64,000 nucleotides of DNA from NCBI RefSeq assembly GCF_006345805.1, contig NC_042999.1:103974001-104038000 (forward strand). Direction: 5' to 3'. Positions within the stretch are counted from its first letter, which is position 1, and each line of letters starts with the position of its first letter. The notes under the pieces are model-generated. The model was not told the origin of the DNA. It did not search any database and saw only the letters and a program-made list of their open reading frames with translations. The translations under genes and the position numbers were made by a program. This document shows positions 53,246 through 64,000 of the stretch, piece by piece. Source of the stretch: Octopus sinensis (lineage: Eukaryota).

Positions 53246-54120
53246 CAGAGTACTACTCGTATATGCTCTCCCGATCATTTATGCGTAGTTCGTTAATCGA
53301 ATTTCAGTTCGTTATCCCAGTTTAATTTTCTTCGGAAAAAACGTTCGTTATTAAATTTGTTCCTTTAAAGAACCGTTCGTATATGAGTAACTCACTGTAT
53401 GTATGTGCCGGGACGCAGAAATATTCAGGCTGGTGTCCGAGTACCCAATGAGGAATTCCTGGTCTTTGTCAAGGCATCCCTCAAGAAGAAGGTAAACTCG
53501 TATATAATTCCTGCTGCTCTACTGGGCTGGATATCTTGCAATTTGCTTGACTCTGGGCTTCTCAGCATTGCTAGTAAGAGGTGTTGTGGTGTTGTGTAAG
53601 CCACACTCGACTTAAAACCCTTGCTTGCGTGGGTATTGCTGACACTTAACACTTGAACCTGTCAGCGATGGTCTCATGTTCGTCTAAAGAGTAGACAGCC
53701 ATCATAATGTATGTATTAAGAGTCAGCAATACCCACGCAAGCAAGGGTTTTAAGTCGAGTGTGGCTTACACTACACCACAACACCTCTTACTAGCAATGC
53801 TGAGAAGCCCTGAGTCAAGCAAATTGCAAGATATCTGGCCCAGTAGAGCAGCAGGAATTATATACGAGTTTACCTTCTTCTTGAGGGATGCCTTGACAAA
53901 GACCAGGAATTCCTCATTGGATACTCGGACACCAACCTGAATATTTCTGCGTCCCGGCTCATATATACAGTGAGTTACTCATATACGAACGGTTCTTTAA
54001 ACGAATAAATTTAATAACGAACGTTTTTTTCCGAAGAAAATTGAACTGGGATAACGAACTAAAATTTGATTAACGAACTACGCATAAATGATCGGGAGAG
54101 CATATACGAGAGGTACGCTG
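53246..54120. mobile_element. 875-bp fold-back element, about 404-bp TIRs with a 66-bp spacer; Tigger/pogo-like termini
   Basis: CAGAGTACTACTCGTATATG... versus ...CATATACGAGAGGTACGCTG; mirror ORFs 53425-53652(-) and 53707-53940(+) are nearly identical. Confidence 0.88.
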
Positions 54121-54243
54121 AATAAACAGCGTTTATGTATGCATGTGTGTGCATGTATTTATGCGTTTATGTATGCATGTGTGTGCATGTATGTATGTGT
54201 ATGTATGTATGCATGTATGTATGTATAGATGGATGGATGGACC

Positions 54244-54408
<165 letters not shown>

Positions 54409-54533
54409 AGAGAGAGAGAGAGATCCCTTGTTGAGTCCGACATTACTACCATGGCCCTGCTCTGACCACCTCTTACGGGCCTTCCTTCCCAAAACTGTCA
54501 GCTTTCGTGTGTGTGTGTGTGTGTGCGTATAAT

Positions 54534-54932
54534 AGGTGCAGGAGTGGCTGTGTGGTAAGAAGCTTGCTTCCCAACTACATGGTGCTAGGTTCAGTCCCAT
54601 TGCGTGGTACTTTGGGTTAGTGTCTTCAGCTACTTCCTCGAGCCGACCAAAGTTTTGTGAGTGCATTTGGTTGACGGAAACTGAAAGAAGCCCGTCGTAT
54701 ATGTATATGTGTGTGAGTGTGTGTGCTTGTTTGCGTGCATGTTGTGTGTGTGTGTGTGTGTGTGTATCCCACCGCTCGACAATCGGTGTTGGTGTGTTTA
54801 TATCTTCGTGAGCTAGCGGTTCGGCAAAACAGACTGGTAGAATAAGTACCAGGCTCAAAATTATTTAATCGATTAAAATTCTTCATACACCAACATAGCC
54901 GCAGTCTAATGACTGAAACAAGAAAAAGAATA
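54534..54932 (+). mobile_element. SINE family A
   Basis: homology to 301-680. Confidence 0.82.
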
Positions 54933-55013
54933 AACGAATACACCCACCCACACACACTCACACACACACTCACACACACACACACACACACACACACAAT
55001 ATATATATATATA

Positions 55014-55144
55014 CAGGGTGTCCCAAAAGAATGTATACACACCTTAAATAATTGTAAATTTGTTATTCTTTGTAAGCCTAGTACTTATTCTATCGTTCTC
55101 TTTTGCCGAAGCACTATGTGTATACATTTTTTGGGGACACCCTG
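55014..55144. mobile_element. 131-bp Tc1-like MITE whose interior is a SINE family A fragment
   Basis: TA TSD; TIRs CAGGGTGTCCCAAAAGAATGTATACAC / GTGTATACATTTTTTGGGGACACCCTG; interior ttattctttgtaagcctagtacttattctatcg.tctcttttgccgaa. Confidence 0.82.
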
Positions 55145-55793
55145 TATATATATATATATATGTATTCACACAAACCCGAATATAACTATGTGTGTCGTGT
55201 TTCTGAAAATATAATCTTCTGTAACACAATACAATAAACATCTCATAATGTAACTTATCTACATTCAGTTTATAAAGTATCGCATAAAATTTCATACAAA
55301 ATGTTGAACATGACTGTAGGGCTTTTTTCTAGATTGAAACAAGGACTGAATTCGATTCGTACACTAAGTAACAAAAGAAAACAAAAATAAAATCACTGCA
55401 GTCTAACTATGGTGCGTATTTTTCGCAGAGAGACTGCTATGACTATTATGAATATTAACGCAAAAGACGCTAACTGGACAGTCGATCTGCAACAAATATA
55501 GGCAAATCTTTCTCGAATTGTATCTTAGTGTCAAGGACAAAAAAAAAAAAAATAAAAGGACGTGAGCTTACATTAGAAAAGGGTTTCTTTACTAAACAGA
55601 CGGTATAAGCTTTGCTGTAAAGCTTTCAATTTCAAATCTGCCAGGTCAGGTATGCCATGAGCTAAACAATATCAACAATAATAAATATATAGATATGAGT
55701 TTGTATGTATTTATATGAGAAATTTGAAATAACTAGGTGGTTTGAAATATCTAGGTGGTGGATCATTATCAATATGAAGGACCCATATACATG

Positions 55794-55824
<31 letters not shown>

Positions 55825-55962
55825 TGTGTGTGTGTGTGTGTGTGTGATTATTACGTCTTGTGCAATTACAATTATATAATTATGGTTGTTGTTGTATTGT
55901 TATGTAGGAGTTATTGAACCAGCTGTAGGAATGAATATTTTGAAATATCATTAATTACCTTC

Positions 55963-56353
55963 GGTACTTTTAGATTATCTCGCTCCCATTAAAAAATTGG
56001 GTTACCTGCTCCGTTTTACGAGAAACAACAGTACTTTTGGACATCTCCCTCAACTAAAAAAATTCTTTAATCCTCAATAAAACAAAAACAATTTTAAAAA
56101 TTAATAAACATGAAAACTGAAAAAATTAATAAGCATCAAAACTGAAAAAATCTGATAACATTTTTTACAACAAATCATACCATGCCTATTGAGGAAGCCA
56201 AACGTCAAGAAAGTGTTGAAGTATTGAATCAAAAGGATCTAACTCTTTTAATCCAATCTCTTGTCACCACATTAACTCGATTTTTTAGTGGGGAGATAAC
56301 CCAATTTTTTAATGGCAATTTTTTTAATGGGAGTGAGATAACCAAAAAGTACC
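55963..56353. mobile_element. second Merlin-like MITE, same family as 23605-23970 in opposite orientation
   Basis: GGTAC...GTACC termini; internal homology; flanks TTACCTTC and TCATCTTC (6/8 match). Confidence 0.75.
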
Positions 56354-56411
56354 TCATCTTCAGTTGGTCTTTCAAATTCGCGCGCGTAGTTTTTTTTTTT
56401 TTTTTACTAAA

Positions 56412-56466
56412 TCTGAGAATTTGTCCCACAACTCGAGTATCACGTCATTGAGATCTTCAGATAAAA
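56412..56466 (-). ncRNA. degenerate inverted partner of the hammerhead motif
   Basis: minus strand ATTTTAT-CTGAAGATCTCAATGACGTGATACTCGAGTTGTGGGACAAATTCTCAG aligns with the plus-strand motif; GAAA changed to GATA and stem II broken. Confidence 0.55.
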
Positions 56467-56467
56467 T

Positions 56468-56512
56468 GTTTTGTCTGAAGATCGCAGTGGCGTGAAACTC
56501 CAGTCGCGAGAC
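56468..56512 (+). ncRNA. type-I hammerhead ribozyme motif; predicted cleavage after C56505
   Basis: GTTTTGT-CTGAAGA-T-CGC-agtg-GCG-T-GAAA-C-tcca-G-TC^GCGAGAC: intact CUGANGA and GAAA cores; stem I can form 7 bp (with G-U pairs); U-U at 10.1/11.1. Confidence 0.65.
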
Positions 56513-56569
56513 TAACTCAGCTGTCTTCTTGTTTAGTTGTCTCCCTTGTCTCCCAACCCACTCATTCTC

Positions 56570-56573
<4 letters not shown>

Positions 56574-56643
<70 letters not shown>
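56574..56643. repeat. (CT)n microsatellite
   Basis: direct inspection. Confidence 0.95.
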
Positions 56644-56646
<3 letters not shown>

Positions 56647-57497
56647 GAAATCGGCTGTAGTTAGTCCCAACAAAGACGTGTTCTGCTAGGCTTAGGCACA
56701 CAATATTTCACGACTAGATGGTATCTTTAGGTAGATGCTCTTGAGAAGAGGCTGCTGAGAGATATTTGGCAAAGCAGATCAAAAGTGCTTTTGGACACTG
56801 GGAGGCTGAACCCTCTTAAAATTCAAGTGGCTGTGAAGTTTTAGTGCGGTACCCAATAGAAAGTTACTGACCCGCCTTCATTCTCTAGGTCCCAGACCAA
56901 CGTATGAGCTGAGCCTGCATCTTATAGGTCCTGGTTTGCTTATATTTATATACACGTAGTTTTTCATTTTGCTATTTAGCATCTAAAATTGCGGATAAAT
57001 TTGTCAGCGGACAGTTTAGCTTTCTGCTGAAGCACTCAACCGGAGTCTCGAGGGATGTGGCTTCGAGTCCCATGGCTGTTTGTTGACAAATTTTTCCGCT
57101 TTGTAGGGTAATTTACCTAGTATTTCTGCTGCTCTAACGGCAATTTTGCGTTCGAGAAAAAAATATCACGTTATATGAATTCCATATTTCCAATTGGCGT
57201 AATATGCTTTGTATTTCTTCCATTTTTATTATATAAGTTCATCTCACCGGAGTAATTTTAATTATCTCGTCTTTATGTTCTGAGCTCAAAATTTCGTCGA
57301 GGTTGACTTTTTCTTTCATCTTTTGGGATCGATAAAATAAGTACCAGTTGAGCATTGGGATCTATGTAGTCAACTATCCCTGTCCCCAAAATGTCAGGCC
57401 TTCGGCCGATTGTAGTAATAATTATCTATCTCGTTCTTAGCACTCTTGTGGTTTATGATCACAAATCGAAACGGTAAAATTTTCGTAAGCAATAACC

Positions 57498-57926
57498 AGG
57501 CGCAGGAGTGGCTGTGTGGTAAGTAGCTTGCTAACCAACCACATGGTTCCGGGTTCAGTCCTACTGCGTGGCATCTTGGGCAAGTGTCTTCTGCTATAGC
57601 CCCGGGCCGACCAATGCCTTGTGAGTGGATTTGGTAGACGGAAACTGAAAGAAGCCCGTCGTATATATGTATATATATATATGTATGTGTGTGTGTGTTT
57701 GTGTGTCTGTGTTTGTCCCCCTAGCATTGCTTGACAACCGATGCTGGTGTGTTTACGTCCCCGTCATTTAGCGGTTCGGCAATAGAGACCGATAGAATAA
57801 GTACCGGGCTTACAAAGAATAAGTCCCGGGGTCGATTTGCTCGACTAAAAAAAAGGCGGTGCTCCAGCATGGCCGCAGTCAAATGACTGAAACAAGTAAA
57901 AGAGAAAGAGAAAAGAGTAAAAGAGA
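57498..57926 (+). mobile_element. young, CpG-intact SINE family A copy, followed tail-to-tail by a partial inverted copy (about 57935-58036)
   Basis: homology to 301-680; the reverse-complement tail directly follows. Confidence 0.9.
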
Positions 57927-58913
57927 ATTGATATAATTCTCTTTTACTTGTTTCAGTCATTTGACTGTGGCCATAGTCGAGCAAATCGACCCCAGGACTT
58001 ATCGGTCTCTTTTGCCGAACTGCTAAGTTACGGGGACGTAAACATACCAGCATCGGTCCTCAAGCGAGCAGTGAGAATGAATGCTCAACATGCTTTTGAT
58101 GGATAAATGTTCTTTATTTGTTGATTAACAACGCTACTAATGGTTTCATGTTGTGAGACTTTCCAGAATTGTAAAACGATCCACTTAAAATGCTGGTCAT
58201 CGCCTCTATTTCGGATGAGAATACACCAGATTACATGATTCTATGCGGGTCTTCAACATGATTGCACTGATGAAGGAAGTTAACTTAAATTTCTTAACTG
58301 TTATTTCCTTTGCACTGGCTTTGGGATTTTGCAAAAATTCATGTTCAACATAGATTAATTACATTATGCAAGAACCTTCGCACACACCTATATCTACGTA
58401 TATGTTTGTGTGTGTGTATGTATCCAGCGTGCCTTTTGTTGGTGTATGTGCATGTATATTTTATCATTTATGGGGTTTTCACAGGTTTTAAACGCAAATT
58501 AGTCCATGAAGTTACAGTTCATAGAAATATAAATACACTACCGTCAGAAATTAATTAGCACCCTTGATTTGCTCTTCACTCAAGGTATTTGCTGTCACCT
58601 AGTGGCCATATCTCGAACTATTGCTTTGTTGCGAGTTCACTGTTGCGTAGAACGATGACGTAACTTTGTTTGCAGAGCAGTTTGAGAGTCTACAGCCTAA
58701 TGATGTTGACATAGCAGTGCAACAACAACTTGGAGTGCGGATGTAGACAAATCTTCCTTTGTTTAATAGATATAGGTAGCGCCTCGCAAGGACCGAAATC
58801 ACACCGTACTAAGTTTTCTCATCGCGTAAGACGTTTTGAACAGCTCGTAGGTTAATTGATTTGTGTATTTGCAAGATTTTTTTTCCTCACAAATTCTCCT
58901 ACACTCTGCTTGG

Positions 58914-58928
58914 TGACGTCACTTCCGG
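58914..58928 (-). promoter_or_regulatory. overlapping ETS-CRE motif CCGGAAGTGACGTCA in the Tc1 5' leader
   Basis: exact 15-mer about 160 bp upstream of the transposase ATG; function here is untested. Confidence 0.45.
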
Positions 58929-59087
58929 TTCACAAAACTTTCTGTTATACATCAAATAAGGTGAGAAATTCTGCTTTCTTTCTTTTTTGTTTAATGAATA
59001 ATAACTCATAGCAGTTTTGTTATAGCATAACACTATTCAAATGAATAGTTTTAATGAAAATAACTGGTTTTTATCGTTCATTCCTAG

Positions 59088-60122
59088 ATGGGCTCAAGAC
59101 CTCGCATGACCTTGGAGAGACGGTACGAGGCTCTCTCGTGGCGTGGGAAGCTGTCGGAGGCTGCAATAGCCAGAGAACTTGGTGTAGCCAGGCGCACAAT
59201 TCAGTGCTTATTTAAGAAATACGAGGAAACCGGATCAGCAGCTGACAAAAAGGGTAGGGGACGGAAGAGGCTGACGACCCAGCGGGACCGGATGCTGATC
59301 CGAAAGTCACTGTACAACCGAAGGGCAACTGGCGGAGGAGATGCAAAAGATGACAGGGAAGCAGTTGTCTACAACCACCGTCAAGACCAGATTACTGGAA
59401 GCTGGTCTAAAATCCTGTAGGGCCGCCCGTAAGCCGCTCCTTACAGCCCAAAACCGGAAGAGGCGGCTGCTCTGGGCCCGTGCCCACAAGACATGGACCG
59501 TGCAGCAGTGGCGGACAGTGATGTTCACTGACGAGTCGCGATTCAGTCTCGTCAGTGACAAGCCTGTCCATGTGCGACGCCGCAGGGGTGAGCGCTTCAA
59601 CAAAGACTGCATTGCTCCCACCATGAAGCATGGTGGGGGTGGTCTGATGGTGTGAGGGGCGTTCAGCAACAGTGGTGTTGGGCGGCTCTATGCCGTCGAA
59701 GGCAACATCAACGCAGCAAAGTACGTTGAGATAGTACGGGATACCTCTTTGGTGGCGAGGAGTACGTGCTCCAGCAGGACAACGCGTCTTCCCACACAGC
59801 CAAGCTCACAACTGGTTTCTTCAAGGACCATGGGGTGACGGTCATGGACTGGCCTGGCCAGTCACCTGACCTGAACCCTATTGAGAACCTCTGGAGTCGA
59901 TTGGGTAGGGATTTGAATGTGCAGCAATACAGGAACCGACACGAGCTGTTTGGGGCACTTCTTGCTGCATGGAGGGCCATCCCTGCACAGTACCTGCAGG
60001 CACTCATAGACAGCATGCCGACTCGCATAGCAGCTGTCATTGCTGCCAAAGGAGGAGCAACAAGATATTGGCTAAATTTCACGATTAATAACAGTTATGT
60101 GGTGTGCTGGGATATGTTTTAA
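59088..60122 (+). pseudogene. Tc1 DD34E transposase, disrupted by a frameshift near 59335, a TGA at 59653-59655 and a frameshift near 59743
   Basis: HTH (SEAAIARELGVARRTIQ), GRKRLTT, KPLLT, W..VMFTDESRF, KHGGG.LMV*G, QQDNA-x34-E (SPDLNPIENLW), SMPTRIAAVIAAKGGATRY. Confidence 0.96.
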
Positions 60123-60244
60123 TAAATTTTTGATTAAAAACGAGTTCGTTTCTGATAATAAGTTAATTAAATTAAGAAAATGTAAGAAAATGTAGAAATT
60201 TGAGAAGTGCTAATTAATTTCCGACGCAAGTGTATATTTTGCGA

Positions 60245-60597
60245 ATCGTGTGACATCTTGAATAGAGATCCCTTTCGGTCATGAACGACTATGGGATTGC
60301 ACCTTGAAAATTCCCCTCCAAGGCACAATTCCAGGTAAGGTATTTTGTGGAAGACCAGCAGTTGCCCATGCATACCAGTCTCCCCTCTCCACGTCATGGA
60401 TGTTGTCTAAAGGAAAGGGAAAGGCCGATACAGCTTGGCACCTGTGACGTCACAACTATTTCTACAGCTGATTGAACTGGAGCTACGTGAAATAAAGTAT
60501 CTTGCCCAAGAACACAACACACAGCCCTGTCTGGGAACTGATCTCACAACCTCACGATTGTAAGCGCGACGCTCTAACCACTGAGCCATGCGTCTTC
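60245..60597 (-). mobile_element. tRNA-derived SINE (head GAAGACGCATGGCTCAGTGGTTAGAGCGTCGCGCTTACAATCGTGAGGTTGTGAGATCAGTTCC)
   Basis: A/B-box-like head and a body related to other SINEs here. Confidence 0.8.
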
Positions 60598-61490
60598 ACT
60601 ATGGCTCGAAGCCGCTGCACGTCTCGATCCACGCGCGGAGCGCGGCTGCGGTTGCGACGACCCGAATGTGTCGGATTCAGTCTAATATTTGCACCGCGAC
60701 CAATGCGAAAAGCCGATCGTGTCGTCACGACCGGGGTCGGAGTGTGAGGAGTTACCTTGGACGGGACGGGCGTTGCCGACGACGAGCAGCTCCTGAACAA
60801 CTTTTTCCGGCGTGAGCCCGGCTGCGACCTGTGATCGCGGCTTCGTATCTTGAATATGTGTTATGCATTTGTTATACATATCTGTACTGCTTAGAATTTC
60901 AACATGAGTTTCTCGGGAGTATATGTCTATTATACATATTGTACATATAATCAATATCCGAAATTTATCTTGGTTGGATATCCTGGTGGCAATGTGGATG
61001 AGGAGTGATACACGAAATTTCGTAAGTTTCTCCACCTATACATTTCATTTACTTAGCCAAAATTGTTCTAACTTAGTTTATAATTCCCCTGACCATTCTT
61101 TTGATTAAAATCTAAATTCCTAATTTCTGCTTTAACGGTTAGAGCAAAACTGCCCCTATTAGATTTTCCCCTCCTTTTCTTTTTCTGTTCCTCTTTGCAT
61201 CTCTTTTCCCTTGCCAACACACTCTAGGGCTCACAAAGTAGGTCTGCTAGCTGGGAGGCGATTTCTGCTATCCTACCACATTACTCCCCCACTATAAACA
61301 TCATAAATATCCTCATTATTTGATTCCTGAGCAATTGTCAAGTTATCTATTTAATAGATTTTCTCACTTTCGGTTGTTGCTGATGAAATAAATTTTTACC
61401 CATCAGACGAATTTCTGTAACAGTAGAACTGTTTCTAATGACTGACCACGAGCATATGCCAAAATAAACCTATTTCTTTACTACCCACAA

Positions 61491-61702
61491 GGGACTTAAA
61501 CACAGAGGGGACAAACAAGGACGGACAAACGGATTAAGTCGATTATATCGACCTCCCCAGTGCGTAACTGGTACTTATTTAATCGACCCCGTAAGGATGA
61601 AAGGCAAAGTCGAACTCGGCGGAATTTGAACTCAGAAGGTAGCGGCAGACGAAATACCAAGCATTTCGCCCGGCGTGCTAACGATTCTGCAAGCTCACCG
61701 CC
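61491..61702 (-). mobile_element. tRNA-derived SINE family D (GGCGGTGAGCTTGCAGAATCGTTAGCACGCCGGG...GAGTTCAAATTCC); other copies at about 25.3, 27.2, 28.8, 46.5, 50.5 and 57.3 kb
   Basis: B box GAGTTCAAATTCC; repeated in the window. Confidence 0.8.
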
Positions 61703-62343
61703 TTTGTTGAAGGAAATATCAAGAGGAAAAAGTGCCAATAGCATAGATTTGTTTTCGACGGATCTCAACTTGCCAAGAAGTAATCCACTCTCCACAGGAT
61801 TGTCCTCTGCGACACGTAAAATGAATAAATAGGTAACAGGCGACAAAAGAACAACGGGACATCACTGAACGGCTTATAGTCGCGACCGGCGCTTTCTTAA
61901 TCTGTTGCTCTCCAATGCAGTCAACCATTGTCTACGTCCTGTTGCTCAGTCGTTTGGGTCTTGAAGAGTGGTTAGTCACATTCAGTCCGTTTTTTTTTTT
62001 TTTTTTACTTTATTCTCATAAACGGCTCTAACGGGAATACTACACTCTCGACGATATTTCTCTTAGAAGTCATTGAACCACGCAAGCCACCTGTCACTCT
62101 CCTTCCCTTTCACACACACACACACATTTGTGTATATATGCATTTATGTATTTATATACGTATAAGTATTTAATCATATGCACATATACACACACTCTTT
62201 CCCTCTCTCTCACACATACAAACACACACATGCACGCATGAGCCTAAACGCAGTCTTACAAACTCACGCTCATATTTATATGCATTCATGTATCTGTGTG
62301 TTTGTGTGTTAGTAGCTGCGTATATGACCGTGTCATATATAAG

Positions 62344-62358
62344 ATAATAATAATAATG

Positions 62359-62410
<52 letters not shown>
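62344..62410. repeat. (AAT)n microsatellite
   Basis: direct inspection. Confidence 0.95.
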
Positions 62411-62412
<2 letters not shown>

Positions 62413-63229
62413 TGTCGTACACTGTTCTATATTTCTAATCAGGCGACCATTACATTTTTCTGCGATGATAGTTTGATGACTAAGAAACGGTTTTAGCTGT
62501 AACCTACTTGTTCTTCGCTGTTATTGGTGCTAGGACAACCGGCAACAAAGATGTTGACGACAAATAAAGTCTTCAAATGAATACACACACCACCTCCTCC
62601 TCTTAACCGAAACTTCCGTTACTATTTCGCAGACCGTCATTCCTAAAAGAGGTGCTTTTTTTTTTCACCTCTTTCCTTCTGTTCTGTTGTGGGCGTCATA
62701 ACTCAGTTATTGAGTCGGTCGAGTAAAGGAAACTTCAGTGAGTTTTAGTCGCTCGAGTTTTAAAAAAAAAACACACCATTTCTTAAATAAGAAAAGAACT
62801 TGAATTTTTATGTTTGGTTGCACTTTTTGAAATCTTAATTTTAAGTGAAAATTTTAAAATTTCGTGTATTGATGTAATTTTCCACGCTAAATCTCAGGGC
62901 CCTAATTCACTTGTTCCAGAATTTTTTTTTTTCAAGTTACAGACGTTTAAATTTTGATAATTTTTTTACCCAATCAGAAAATAAGATTTGAAAACAGTCA
63001 TTTTGTGCGTGACTACAATCGTAAGGCGACAAAACAATAATGTCTACATTGTGACGATAGCATGTGCTTTAAGCATTAAATGAGTGAAAATTTACCAAAA
63101 AACGAGTACGCAATACATATTTTGTAGTTTTATGCATTCGATACGCATCTAAATACGAAAAAAAAAAACCGAGTGAACAACACACTTTGTGGCTTTAAGA
63201 GCAAAAAAGAACTAACTAAATAAGTTAAA

Positions 63230-63965
63230 GGATCCTTTCCTTTTGAACGGCACATGTCAACACAATTTCTAGTTAACTAAACCCTTTTAAACTTCGTATA
63301 CTGGTAGAATGTGTCAAAATAAAACATTTTTTTCTCTTGGCTTTCTTGAGAAAATTGTAATTTGTTTGTTTAACGTAGTTTAATTTTTCGACTTTTTACC
63401 CAATCCTATGCCCTCTATTTAGCTAAAATCATTTGCTGCGTCTAAAACAGACAACATCTTGTCACTAACCCTAACCCTAAATTTTAGCCTTTCGTTTTTT
63501 CTTTCTTAATTGTTAAATTAATTTAAGGATAACAATTAAGAAAAAAAACCAAAGGCTAAAACGAAAGCAAATGGAATATAATTTTAATTTAACAATTAAG
63601 AAAAAAAAAAACGAAAGCAAAAACTCAAAACAAAAACAAAACGAATAATTTTAGACACACACGTAACAATTAAATTAATTTAACAATTAAGAAAAAAAAA
63701 CGAAAGGCTAAAATTTAGGGTTAGGGTTAGTGACAGGATGTTGTCTCAGTTTTAGACGCAGCAAATGGTTTTAGCTCAATAGAGGCCATCGATTGGTTAA
63801 AATTCGAAAAATTAAACTACGTTAAACTTACAAATTACAATTTTCTCAAGAAAGCCAAGAGAAAAAAATGTTTTATTTTGATACATTCTACCAGTATACG
63901 AAGTTTAAAAGTGTTTAGTTAACTAGAAATTGTGTTGAAAACTGCTGTTCAAAAGGAAAAGATCC
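63230..63965. mobile_element. fold-back element with about 300-bp TIRs, each containing a short (TTAGGG)-type tract; centre made of AT-rich sub-repeats
   Basis: GGATCCTTTCCTTTTGAAC... vs ...GTTCAAAAGGAAAAGATCC; ctaaccctaaccctaaa at about 63466 and tttagggttagggttag at about 63714. Confidence 0.88.
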
Positions 63966-64000
63966 AAATTAAATATTTCGCAAACACGTTTTTCATAAAC

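Larger units (their letters stand above)
58536..60232 (+). mobile_element. full-length Tc1-family DNA transposon (1697 bp)
   Basis: TA TSDs at 58534-58535 and 60233-60234; 26-bp TIRs CACTACCGTCAGAAATTAATTAGCAC vs CACTTGCGTCGGAAATTAATTAGCAC; transposase inside. Confidence 0.95.

Noticed and set aside
53425-53940. Two near-identical 75-77 aa ORFs on opposite strands
   Set aside because: A direct consequence of the fold-back arms; no evidence of coding.
58267-58292. CTGATGAAGGAAGTTAACTT hammerhead-like start
   Set aside because: The GAAA core and stem III are absent.
59528-59545. CTGACGAG motif
   Set aside because: It encodes the catalytic TDES motif of the Tc1 transposase, not a ribozyme.
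63466-63730. TTAGGG repeats as a telomere or chromosome-fusion relic
   Set aside because: Only about 2.5 units per side, and they are symmetric parts of a transposon TIR.

Overview
AT-rich, microsatellite-dense eukaryotic DNA. The SINE families, (CA)n/(TA)n load and Penelope remnants suggest a coleoid cephalopod, most likely Octopus (inference). There is no prokaryotic-type content and no CRISPR array; most ORFs in the track are simple-repeat artefacts. Recognisable elements: (i) the 3' part of a Penelope-like retroelement (GIY-YIG endonuclease, minus strand, 5679-6405) followed by about 2.7 kb of TG-rich cryptic satellite and hammerhead-ribozyme (HHR) motifs; (ii) a head-to-head pair of HHR motifs at 56.4-56.5 kb; (iii) a full-length, defective, GC-rich Tc1 (DD34E) transposon at 58536-60232; (iv) many tRNA-derived SINEs and small DNA-transposon derivatives (mariner, Tc1, Merlin-like, hAT-like, Helitron-like), plus three long fold-back palindromes; (v) a 5'-truncated U6 snRNA retrocopy fused to a SINE/LINE-type tail; (vi) a tentative minus-strand host gene built from very short exons (10-80 nt) spread over about 48 kb, which I could not identify. 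CpG density rises at about 43.4 kb, consistent with a methylated gene body on the left and an unmethylated region on the right.
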